Source: Candidatus Bathyarchaeota archaeon
Lineage (GTDB): Archaea; Thermoproteota; Bathyarchaeia; Bathyarchaeales; Bathycorpusculaceae
Reading direction: 5' to 3'
NCBI GenBank assembly: GCA_963770935.1
Contig: CAVYRJ010000001.1
Coordinates: forward strand, 96,001 to 160,000
DNA: 64,000 bases
Of this stretch, positions 10,669 through 20,385 are shown one piece after another (the first letter of the stretch is position 1; the number at the start of each line of letters is the position of its first letter). The notes beneath the pieces were generated by a model. The model made no database searches, had not been told where the DNA came from, and was given only the letters and a program-made list of their open reading frames with translations. Both the position numbers and the translations under genes were made by a program.

Positions 10669-11847
10669 CTCCCAAAGGGTTTGTGGATTCCTACACGATC
10701 AAGGAGTGGTACCGTCAAGTTCATAATGATTAACGCTAGCAAGGAGCCGCCAAAGAAGTTCATATAGGTTTGTATGAGAATCGTTAGTAAGCCTAAGCCA
10801 ACGCCGAAGATAATTTGCCCTAAGCCAGTTAAAGGTGTTGTTGCAGGGTCGGTTGCCATAAAGAAGCCTAAGAAAATTGAGCTGCCTATGAACACTTCAA
10901 AGAGCAACCTTATCATCAGATCTGTATCTGCATAAACAAATGCAAATACCAGAGACATTACAGCAATAGAAACGAAGTAAGCAACTGTGATTTTCCATTT
11001 GATGTATTTGCGAGCAATGACAAACAATGCGATGCCAACGACGATTACGGCAAGGCTGCAAGCGCCGCCTGTCCAACCGTGGAACTTCTCCAGTATCATA
11101 AGCTGGTTAATGTCAGTTGTGCCTGCACTCAGTGGGTTAGCAGTAACAGCTTTGTAGATAGGTAAGGAATGAGCCTAAACCATTGTTTCCAACTGGTGCG
11201 GTTCCTCCACCAAGAGGACCCGCTAGGACAGGTACTCCTAAACCTGTTCCTGTTGCTGCGTCATATGGGGCGAAGTGGCTTTTGACTAATAATATGCTGC
11301 CTATGAATGGTAGCAGAACTAAGAGTTTTGCAGCTGCTGCAGGATTGACGAATTTTCTTCCGCCTAAGCTTTGCATTTTTTTGAAGAGAACAAGGCCTAT
11401 CAGTGAAATAAATGCGACATAAAGAAATGCGTTAGGTGCAGTTAATGAATCGATGGGCATTACATCAGATCCTTGAGCCATAGAGGGGACACCAAGCGAG
11501 AATGAGAGTGTAACGATTAAGCCGAAGACTGCTGCAGACCAAATGTTTAATTCACTGTCAAAGGCGACCTTATGTAGTAAAGCATCCATTCCGACGGCTA
11601 CTCCGATTGCTATGAGAGCATTTATGAGTACTAGCGAACCAAGCGGCAGTTGCCAGACGTTTTTGAGAGCTAAGCTTTCAATTTGTCCGTCAGTGGGGCT
11701 AGGAACGGGCCACCATATGATTGCGGTGATGATGGTGATAATTAACAGAGCGATAAAGGTGTATTGCATTAGACGTTTCTTTGACATTGCACCGGTTATG
11801 TGTGGAGCAGATTTGACGACTAATTCATTAGTGGATTCGTTACTCAT
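10665..11847 (-). CDS. rnfD: RnfD-like membrane subunit (one frameshift near 11140)
   Basis: SAPHI, GGRKFVNPAAAA and FFMATDPATTP motifs across ORFs 11137-11847 and 10665-11099. The joining frame reads CY-ANPLSAGTTDINQLMIL. Confidence 0.85.
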
Positions 11848-11907
11848 TTTTTATTAACCTTCTTAAATGAAGATTTTATCTAAGGTCTTGGTTATTAAGC
11901 TTTTTCA

Positions 11908-11921
11908 GAAATTATAATTTC
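11908..11921. promoter_or_regulatory. Perfect 14-bp palindrome GAAATTATAATTTC (candidate operator)
   Basis: Self-complementary, and abuts the putative BRE/TATA (GAAAAAGCTTAATAA, minus strand) of rnfD in the divergent rnfD/wHTH gap. Confidence 0.45.
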
Positions 11922-12074
11922 CGTCAGAAATCCAAGTATTCAATTCTTGCTTGTTTTTTTTGTGACCATATGGGCGAAAAATTGGTTTGATTAGTTTACT
12001 GGAATGTCTTTAACACCGGTTTTTAGTAAAGCTAATACCTGTAAGCTTTAAACATATATTTTATAGGGCTCAGC

Positions 12075-12530
12075 TTGACCGACAACGATAATAAAGAACT
12101 TGAAGGAATAACACTTTACGTCTACTTATACTGTGTCAAAAAAGGTAAGCCAGTGGGTCCCCGAGATGTTATGAAGGGTGCCAATCTAAGTAGCCCCAGC
12201 GTGGCTTATAGGCACCTGCAAAAACTCGAAGATTTGGGTTATTTGCAGAAAAACAAGTACGGCGAATACACACTCAAGAGCAGAGGGCATGTTAGGGGTT
12301 ACACATGGCTTGGTCGACGTTTAGTTGGGAAAATGTATCTCTACGCTCTTCTTTTTTCAGGTATTTTAGGTGTTGAACTCTTCGTTTTCTTTATGCATTT
12401 TTCGGTTGAAAACTATGAATTCAAAGTCTTTTTCTCCTTATTAATGCTAATAACTGGGTTGGCACTAGCTGTTTTCACTGCGGAAGGGCTACGGCAGAAC
12501 AAACGAAAGTTCATCGCCTCAATAGAATAG
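12075..12530 (+). CDS. Winged-helix DNA-binding protein with two C-terminal TM helices
   Basis: VGPRDVMKGANLSSPSVAYRHLQKLEDLGYLQKNKYGEY wHTH, followed by two hydrophobic segments. Confidence 0.8.
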   Translation: MTDNDNKELEGITLYVYLYCVKKGKPVGPRDVMKGANLSSPSVAYRHLQKLEDLGYLQKNKYGEYTLKSRGHVRGYTWLGRRLVGKMYLYALLFSGILGVELFVFFMHFSVENYEFKVFFSLLMLITGLALAVFTAEGLRQNKRKFIASIE

Positions 12531-12647
12531 GCAATCCTGACAACTAACAACGGTTGTTTTCTGCAACTTTCTTAAAAAAAATGATACTCTATTTCTTAGA
12601 GGAAGTTTTATATCGCCTAGGTAAATCTATCTTCAACAGTGAATTAA

Positions 12648-13754
12648 ATGAATCCAATTACAGCCCCATTGTTTATGGTTGTTTGGCGGTGTACACGCAA
12701 CTGTGTGGGCAGTTGCACTTATTGCAGTTACACTAAAGAATACGCTAAAGATCAAGAGTTAAACACCGCACAAGCCAAACATATGGTTGATGAAATGGCA
12801 GAGTTTGGCTCACAGTGGCTTGGAATCAGCGGCGGAGAACCCTTGGTTCGACCAGACGTTTGGGAAGTTATAGAATACGCCGAACAGAAGCATAACATGA
12901 AAGTCAGCTTAATCACAAGCGGCTTCGCATGGGATGAAGAACGCTTTGATAAATTACGCAAGTATGAAGTTCACACTGCAATAAGCATCGATGGAAACAA
13001 AGAAACAAACGATATGATACGCCGAAAAGGCGGCTACGACAAAGCCGTACATGCTATGAAGAAACTTGGCGAAGTCGGATTGCTTGACTGCCTAGTAACA
13101 ACCATGACTAAGCACAACATCCATCAGATGGCTCACCCTGCAGCGTTGGCAGAGGAACACGGCGCCCGCATGCTCGTCTACCACAACCTCGTGCCTGTAG
13201 GTAGAGCAAGCGACAACATGCCAGAGTTAGCGCCAACCCCCGATCAGTACGAAGTAGCATTCAACGAAATCTACGACATCCAACGCAAGCTATACGGTAA
13301 AGTCAAAGTAAACGTTTATGCACCATTTTACGCACGTATCGTACGCCAGAAAAACCCAGTGGACTTCTGGCAATGGTACAACGAAGGCTACCTCGGAAAA
13401 TGCACCATCGGCGGCAACTACATCGGTATAACCGAAAACGGTGACTACCGAAGCTGCGGCTTCCACGAAGGCTACCGCATCGGCAACGTCAAAGACAAAA
13501 AGCTAAGCACCGCATGGGAAGAACTACAAAAAAGCGAACTTCACCTCAAATTACGAGATAAAAACAACCTCAAAGGCAGATGCGGAATCTGCGAATACCG
13601 AGAAATCTGCGGCGGATGCAGAACACGCGCAGAATACTACACAGGCGACCTCTTCGAATCAGACCCAGCATGCAACTACATACCCAAAATCCTACAAGAA
13701 GACCCCAAAGCACTCGAAGCACTACGCAAAAACCCAATGGACAAAGTGCAATAA
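12648..13754 (+). CDS. Radical SAM/SPASM protein, paralog of 1281-2354
   Basis: CVGSCTYC, SGGEP, LVPVGRA and GRCGICEYREICGGCR...TGD...DPAC. Confidence 0.9.
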   Translation: MNPITAPLFMVVWRCTRNCVGSCTYCSYTKEYAKDQELNTAQAKHMVDEMAEFGSQWLGISGGEPLVRPDVWEVIEYAEQKHNMKVSLITSGFAWDEERFDKLRKYEVHTAISIDGNKETNDMIRRKGGYDKAVHAMKKLGEVGLLDCLVTTMTKHNIHQMAHPAALAEEHGARMLVYHNLVPVGRASDNMPELAPTPDQYEVAFNEIYDIQRKLYGKVKVNVYAPFYARIVRQKNPVDFWQWYNEGYLGKCTIGGNYIGITENGDYRSCGFHEGYRIGNVKDKKLSTAWEELQKSELHLKLRDKNNLKGRCGICEYREICGGCRTRAEYYTGDLFESDPACNYIPKILQEDPKALEALRKNPMDKVQ

Positions 13755-13867
13755 ACCAAGTTTTCTATTGTTAATATTTTCCACAAAAACAACTATTTCC
13801 AGCTAAATTTACCAAGCCAAAATCACTTTGGCGTTCAGTCAACAACCTCTTGCAGTCAACAACAAGC

Positions 13868-13996
13868 AACATCGAAAAGACTCCGTCACGTCAACAACAA
13901 CCAAACAAACCCCAAACAAAAAACACAAACCACAACACAACCCCCCAAAAAATTGCGCACAAAACTCTCACAACAACAACCAAACAAAGAAAACAG
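13868..13996 (+). repeat. A/C-rich intergenic element, copy A
   Basis: Similar to the reverse complement of 63438-63548; shared core gcac..aaaac.ctc..acaacaaccaaa...gaaaac. Confidence 0.45.
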
Positions 13997-14221
13997 TATA
14001 ATCCTGCAAATTCGATTGTCTTTAACATTTGAAAGACTTCTTCTAAATCAGCACAGCCTAGTTAGCTTATGGTTAAACGCATCTTTTCAATTGGCGTTTT
14101 TAACTTGGCTAACATGAGATGTTAAAGGCTAAGTAAATCTATATTTTGTAGCTCTCTAGGGACTTAGACTGATTGTAGAAAAGTTATTATTCCAACCCAG
14201 TTCACACCTACAGGGGAGATT

Positions 14222-14989
14222 ATGACTATGCCTTTATCGTTTATCATAGGAACCGCTGGTTCAGGCAAATCACTTTTCACAGCTGCTTTTGCAGAGTGGC
14301 TAAAAATGAGCAAACAGGATGTTGCAGTAGTCAATTTGGATCCTGGAGCATTAAAACTGCCCTATCAACCAGACGTTGATGTGCGCAATTATGTAGAGGT
14401 CGGGGACATTATGGAGAAGTACGGTTTAGGTCCAAATGGCGCTTTGGTTATGGCTGCTGACTTAATTGCAGACGAGATTGAACACTTGACCCGTGACATT
14501 GAAGAAGCCCACGCTGACATTGTTTTGGTCGATACTCCTGGACAAATGGAGTTGTTTGCTTTCCGGGCAAGTGGACCTTACATAGTTAACGAATTAACAA
14601 AGGAACCAAAAGCCCTAATCTACCTATTCGATGCCGTTTTCTCAATTAACCCATTAAACTATGTTTCAAACATGTTCTTGGCTGCAGCAGTTTACAACAG
14701 GTTTTTCCAGCCACAGGTACATTTACTTTCAAAAAGCGATTTAATTCCCCAAAAAGAGGTGCAGGCAATCGCCAATTGGTCTGCAAACACCAATGCCTTG
14801 GAAGATGCAATTGAACAGAAACTTGAGGGAACCAAACGCCTCTTCAGCCGCAATATGATGCAAGCTATCAACAAGTTAGGCTTACAATTCCACTTAATGC
14901 CTGTTTCCTCTAAAACAAACGAAGGTATGGTAAACGTTAACACTTTGCTAGAACGTATTTTAAATGAAGGCGAAAAATACACAACCTAA
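14222..14989 (+). CDS. GPN-loop GTPase
   Basis: GTAGSGKS, NLDP, LGPNG and DTPGQME motifs. Confidence 0.92.
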   Translation: MTMPLSFIIGTAGSGKSLFTAAFAEWLKMSKQDVAVVNLDPGALKLPYQPDVDVRNYVEVGDIMEKYGLGPNGALVMAADLIADEIEHLTRDIEEAHADIVLVDTPGQMELFAFRASGPYIVNELTKEPKALIYLFDAVFSINPLNYVSNMFLAAAVYNRFFQPQVHLLSKSDLIPQKEVQAIANWSANTNALEDAIEQKLEGTKRLFSRNMMQAINKLGLQFHLMPVSSKTNEGMVNVNTLLERILNEGEKYTT

Positions 14990-15621
14990 ACGCTAATCAA
15001 AGACCAGCTTGCAGCAAATGCCCCACGCTTAGCCTTCAAAGCCGAATCTGCCCCAGCAACAATGATAACGTCATTGTCTCTTGGTTTCAGATCCTTAAGA
15101 ATCAGTTCTGCAGCCACAGGATACTGCTTTTCGATGCAATCGCTCACGGATTCGATCCGCAAATGTCCATTCTTGAAAATAATAACTAGAGCTTTGCGGG
15201 CACCTGCAATGATAGCTGCATCCCGCTGGTCAATTCCTGAACCAACCTTCAAAGTACAATTCTTCACCAAGAAAGCAAAGTTAAACTCAGATGCACTCAA
15301 CTCAGACCTTGGAAGCTCGACACGTCGGGGAAAAATCTCTTCAAATTGACCCCAGACTTCTGAGCCTTTACTTGTCAACTTGCAGCCGTCTTTAGAAGTT
15401 TCAATCAAACCAGCATCCCTAAGCCTACTAATTATCGTACGAACTGCACCATCGCCAACCTGAAGTTTCTCCGCCAGCTTATTCCTTCCCAAAGGTGTCT
15501 GCGCCAATAACTCTAACGCATAGAAAACGTGGAATATCGTGAAGGTCGTTGATGGCCCAGGAGCTTTTTTTCCAGCAATTTTCTGCATAAACTTCTTGAG
15601 AGATTCCACCATATTTTGCAC
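14986..15621 (-). CDS. wHTH protein, DUF4443-like
   Basis: APGP, LGRNKLAEKLQVGDGAVRTII HTH and QRDAAIIAGA. The start may be 15612. Confidence 0.7.
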   Translation of the reverse strand: MQNMVESLKKFMQKIAGKKAPGPSTTFTIFHVFYALELLAQTPLGRNKLAEKLQVGDGAVRTIISRLRDAGLIETSKDGCKLTSKGSEVWGQFEEIFPRRVELPRSELSASEFNFAFLVKNCTLKVGSGIDQRDAAIIAGARKALVIIFKNGHLRIESVSDCIEKQYPVAAELILKDLKPRDNDVIIVAGADSALKAKRGAFAASWSLISV

Positions 15622-15672
15622 TATTATAGTTAAGCGAGGGCTGGTTTTTATAACTTATTAAACAAGTGTTGA

Positions 15673-16050
15673 TTAACCCTTGCACGCTACCACAGAAACC
15701 TCAACCAACGCTCCCGACTTGAGTTCCACACCAACCGTTGCTCTGGCTGGGAAATCGTTTTCGAAGTATTTTGCGTATTCAAGGTTAAACTCTTCAAACA
15801 ACGACATCGAGGAAAGGTACACGGTGGATTGAACTACATCTTTTAGGCTGTAGCCTGCAGCATCTAAAATGGCTTTTATATTCTCCATTACTTGGCGGGT
15901 TTGTAACCTGACGTTTTCAACAATAAGTCTGCCTTTCTCTGGGTCAATAGCAAGCTGACCAGAAACAAACAGAAAATTACCCGCTTGCATCGCTTGATTG
16001 TATGGACCTATCGGTTTTGGTGCGTTCTGGCTAAACACAGCTTTTTTCAT
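15673..16050 (-). CDS. ridA: RidA/YjgF family enamine/imine deaminase
   Basis: APKPIGPYNQA, FVSGQL, FPARATV and VEV motifs; start set at MKKAVF (16050). Confidence 0.9.
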   Translation of the reverse strand: MKKAVFSQNAPKPIGPYNQAMQAGNFLFVSGQLAIDPEKGRLIVENVRLQTRQVMENIKAILDAAGYSLKDVVQSTVYLSSMSLFEEFNLEYAKYFENDFPARATVGVELKSGALVEVSVVACKG

Positions 16051-16212
16051 GCAATCCCTTGTTGATTGTGTTGTTTGCAGGTTAAAATGGTTTCTCCAAA
16101 CCATCCTCACCAGCATTTAGTTGATGATTAGTTGCGTGCATTGTCGAAAGCCTTTTAAGAAAAACGGCGAGTTACTATGCCTATTACACGATTGAACGGA
16201 AGAGAAACTCCA

Positions 16213-17391
16213 ATGAAAAAAAACGGAAAATATTTGTTCACATCCGAATCAGTCGGAGAAGGTCACCCGGACAAAGTTGCAGACCAGATTTCCGACAGCG
16301 TTTTAGATGCAATATTCACCCATGATCCTAAAGCACGCGTAGACTGTGAAACCCTCGTCATGCAAGGAACCGTGGTTATTACGGGTCAAATAACCACCTG
16401 CTCCTACGTTAACATCCCAAAAATTGTCCGCCAAACACTCAAAGAAATTGGTTTTGACAATGCAAAGGATGGCTTGGACTGGGAAACATGCGGCGTTTTG
16501 GTTTCTTTAACTGAGCAATCCCCAGACATTTCTATGGGGGTAACCGAATCTAAAGGTCATGAGCAAGGTGCTGGAGACCAAGGAATGGTTTTCGGCTACG
16601 CAACTAACGAAACAAAAGAACTCATGCCACTACCCATCATGCTAGCACAAAAACTAGTTAAACGCTTGGCTGAATGCAGAAAAACAAAAATTATGCCCTA
16701 TCTACGCCCTGACTGCAAGTCTCAAGTAACCATCGAATACGAAAATGGCAAACCAAAATGCGTCAAAACTGTCGTTATCGCAGCGCAGAACAACGGAACT
16801 GTCGACGAGTCCACATTAAAGAAGGATATTGTTGAGAAAGTTATCAAACAAGTCATCCCAGCAAACATGCTAGCTGAATGACATAAAATATGTCATAAAC
16901 GGTACAGGCAGATTCGTTATCGGTGGAACATTAGCAGATTCAGGCTTAACTGGAAGAAAAATTATCGTTGACACATACGGTGGAGTTGGAAGCCACGGGG
17001 GCGGATGCTTCAGCGGTAAAGACCCTTCAAAGGTTGACCGTTCAGGTTGCTACATGGCAAGATACATTGCCAAAAACATTGTTGCATCAGGCTTAGCTGA
17101 CCAATGTGAAATTCAAATTTCCTATGCCATCGGCGTTGCGCAGCCAATCTCAGTGCTGGTCAACACTTACGAAACAGGCAAACTGTCAGACGAAAAAATC
17201 ATGGACTTGTATTGAAGTACTTTGACATGAGACCTAAAGCAATTATCGACCAATTAGATCTGCTAAGACCCATATACAAGAAAACAGCAGTCTTTGGCCA
17301 CTTTGGACGAGAAGACGCAGATTTCCCCTGGGAAAAAACTGACAAAGCTGAACAACTCAAAAAAGAGCTGGAAAAAACCAAAAAAGCATAA
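16213..17391 (+). CDS. metK: S-adenosylmethionine synthetase, bacterial/eukaryotic type (two frameshifts)
   Basis: [13 protein letters not shown] and GAGDQG, then in other frames [32 protein letters not shown] and [19 protein letters not shown]. Confidence 0.92.
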
Positions 17392-17420
17392 ATTTTCTTT
17401 TTTTAAATTTTTTCATTTTT
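17392..17420 (+). terminator. Oligo-T terminator-like tract after metK
   Basis: ttttcttttttt...tttttt directly follows the stop codon. Confidence 0.45.
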
Positions 17421-17747
17421 CTCTAAAAACTTTATCGCGAAGAAAGTTATAGTCCTTACATCAATAGATCAAAATCAACATTTCAAGAAGAAAAGATCTT
17501 TCCGACCCCCTTCAAACACCCCGCATCAAACTTTTAGTGTTAATCGAGAATCTAAGTAGCTACCTTCCCCAAAAATCGACATGAAAACAGAAATTAATAA
17601 AGAAATCAACCCCTCACCTCAAAAAACCCTAATCCAAACAACCTATACCGAAAAAGTCGAAGCGGTGACTAACCTTAAAATAAAATCCTTCAACAAACAG
17701 AGTCAAGGCTAACGAAAAAGGTTCGTTACACCTTTTCGGTGGCAAAT

Positions 17748-17954
17748 TTATTTCTTGCTAAGATACCATTTAAGGTATTCTTTTCGGCGGTTCTGCCTGA
17801 CTTCTTCGTCGGTTTCATCAGCCGGACGGTTCTTGTCATGCAAATCATTGAGTTCCTGCCCCGTACAGGATAGGCCACAGCTTTTGCAGACATAATGTTT
17901 GGTCAACGAAATGTATTGTATTTCTCCGCCGCATTCTGGACAGTAATTTACCAT
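17748..17954 (-). CDS. Small zinc-ribbon protein
   Basis: CPECG...CKSCG; C-terminal EYLKWYLSKK. Confidence 0.75.
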   Translation of the reverse strand: MVNYCPECGGEIQYISLTKHYVCKSCGLSCTGQELNDLHDKNRPADETDEEVRQNRRKEYLKWYLSKK

Positions 17955-18048
17955 TTTTTCGTTTCTCTTTTGATGGTTTTGTAAGTAATTCGTTTCTTGG
18001 GAGATATTAGTCTTCGCATAGGTTTCTAAGCTTTTAACCTAAAAAAAG

Positions 18049-19093
18049 TCAGACGTGAGTGTACATCTTGTCGCTCGAGTAGTTTCCGGTGGCCATTTCT
18101 TGTTCAATTTCCCGCAACATCAATATGCGTTTGAAAGTCGGTGGATGAGTGGCAAACAGACTGTTCATTTGAACCCATGTGCTTTTGGACTCTTTCTCCA
18201 TTGCTAAATGCAACTCGCGCTCGTCCAAAACACCGTCTTGGTCCAAGTCGTATTCATCTTTTTTCTCCATGATTCGCCCGACTTCCTGTTTTGCCATCCC
18301 CGGGTCTTCAATGTAAAATGCTCTGGCGCCTTCTGGCGGCTTAGGTGAGATTGATAATCCGTATGTGATTTTTGCCAATGCACTCTCAAGTTCTCTGGGT
18401 GAACCAGTAACGTAGGCGGAATAGGCGTCGGCGTAGTGTTCTCGAAGTCTACTAAGTCTCATGACGATTAGGAATGTGATTATGTAGATAGCAAACGAGA
18501 TAACGCCGATGATGATTAAGGCAGCACCCGAATTATCCTTGCTATTTCTTCGTCCACCACTAAAAGCGCCCGCACGCAAGGCCACCTGGGCAATTATGTA
18601 GGCAATTAACGGCAACGCAGAAAGCACCGTCATGACAATGTAGTCTTTATGCTTGATGTGACCCAACTCGTGGGCTATGACGCTTTTTATTTCCCCTTGA
18701 TTTAATTGCTGCAAGAGCCCCTCGTGTACGGCTAAGGTGGCGCTGCTCGTGGTTCTGCCAAAAGTGAACGCGTTGGGTGTGTTACTTGGAACGGTAGCTA
18801 TCTTAGGAATGGGTACTACCTGTTTTATCCGCTAACTCTTTAACGGTTGATTCAAGCCATAGGTTTTCGCCGAGTTGAAGATAGTGCAGGCGAGTTGTCG
18901 CAGCCACAATCACTGGACCAACTGCGTACTGGAACAAAATGAAGAGAGCTGAGCCGCCTAAAGCAATGAGTAACCCAGTAAAAACATCCAATTGCAGGAA
19001 ATAAACGATTAAAAACATAAAGAGAGCGAATATGAAAGCGGATAAGAAAATAGACAATGCCATTGCAACCTTGAGTTGGGATAGGCTAGCCAA
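18049..19093 (-). CDS. htpX: HtpX/M48 zinc metalloprotease (frameshift near 18815)
   Basis: N-terminal TMs, PNAFTFG, AHELGH, SRLREHYAD and THPP motifs. Confidence 0.9.
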
Positions 19094-19197
19094 GCACTTT
19101 GCCTCTCGTTGTTTTTCAGAAAGTACTATACAAAGGAATTAAGTCTTTCCCAAAAAGGCTAACAAAATAAAATAAAAAATAAAAATAAAAAGAAAAT

Positions 19198-20196
19198 TTA
19201 GATGGGGTAAGCTCCACAGGTCTTGCAGAACTGTATTTTGGTTTTGATGTAGCTGTGGCACTTGGGACACTGAACAGCTTCTTCGATCTTGGGGAACACA
19301 TCTTTGGGTTTGCCGAATTTCTCGCGGAAGACCTCGTAGTAAAGAAGCTGTTCTTTGTCCTGAATTTCCACATCATCGGCTGCTTTGATTGCAGCTTTTT
19401 TCTCGTTGAACTCTTTATCAGTTATCATGTCGTTGAAGTATGTACGTAGCGTTTCTGTTCCTGTGCCAGCTTCCAAAGGCGCTTTAGGTCTCCAGATGAT
19501 GTCTTTAGGTATGACATCTTCGTAGGCTTTGCGTAAAATCCATTTGCCGTATTTTACTCCGTTGCGCATGTTAATCTTGTATTTGATTGGTAACTCCATT
19601 GCCCACTTCATGAATTCGGGGTCTCGGTATGGTGCTTTGATTTGCATTCCAAGAGATTCAGCCATCGGGAACGAGGAGAAACCCATTTCAGCCCACATTT
19701 CCTGTTGCTTCACTGCAAACTGTTCCTCAGAGAGGTGGAATTGCCAGGGGTAGCCGAAAAGCTCGTCTAATGCGTCTCCTGTGAAAACGGTCTTTATTCC
19801 CTTAGGTTTTAGCAGAGTTAAGCCGATGTAGACGGGGAGGCTGTTTCTAATCTCCATAGGGTCATATTTTTTGAGCGCTTCCACAACTTTTGGGAAGAAT
19901 TTCATTACGTCTTCTTTGCCGAATTGATAAGTTTCATGTTTTAGGTGCAAAAGTTCAACCATTTTTTTGACGTATTCGGTGTCTTTGGGTTGTCCATGTT
20001 TGAAGGCTAGGGTAAGGCAGGGGATGTCGGGTTTGTATTTCACTGCTTCATAGGCTATTATTTGAGTGTCTGTTCCGGCGGAAAAAAGGAAGCCGTCTGC
20101 CATGTTTTTCTTGACAACTTTGTTTACTAATGTTTTAATATCTGGCAAAAGTTTGTTAACTTCTAATTCGTTAAATGCCATTTCTGTCACTCGCAT
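19198..20196 (-). CDS. Stand-alone asparagine-synthase-type ATP pyrophosphatase domain with C-terminal zinc ribbon
   Basis: FSAGTDT PP-loop variant, TGDALDELFGY, KWILRKAY, WRPKAP and CPKC...CKTC. There is no glutaminase domain. Confidence 0.8.
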   Translation of the reverse strand: MRVTEMAFNELEVNKLLPDIKTLVNKVVKKNMADGFLFSAGTDTQIIAYEAVKYKPDIPCLTLAFKHGQPKDTEYVKKMVELLHLKHETYQFGKEDVMKFFPKVVEALKKYDPMEIRNSLPVYIGLTLLKPKGIKTVFTGDALDELFGYPWQFHLSEEQFAVKQQEMWAEMGFSSFPMAESLGMQIKAPYRDPEFMKWAMELPIKYKINMRNGVKYGKWILRKAYEDVIPKDIIWRPKAPLEAGTGTETLRTYFNDMITDKEFNEKKAAIKAADDVEIQDKEQLLYYEVFREKFGKPKDVFPKIEEAVQCPKCHSYIKTKIQFCKTCGAYPI

Positions 20197-20385
20197 TACA
20201 GTGTTTGTCGTTTATGCACTATTTAAGTTTACCGTATGCATATAAAAGGGGGCAAAATATAAACATCTGTGCTGAAACTGAAAACAATGTTGAACAAACG
20301 GCAATTTGCCAAACAAAAAGGTTTTCACCAACTAAGTTTAAATGTCAAAAACAAAACTCATAATACCAAGCCGAGGCTCAACCAA

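Noticed and set aside
13850-14032. 60-aa Q/T/N/K-rich ORF as a RiPP precursor for the adjacent SPASM enzyme
   Set aside because: It is the translation of an A/C-rich low-complexity tract, with no RBS and no precursor-like motif.
16879-16881. In-frame TGA in metK as selenocysteine or readthrough
   Set aside because: The downstream conserved sequence ([11 protein letters not shown]) continues in a different frame, so this is an indel rather than recoding.
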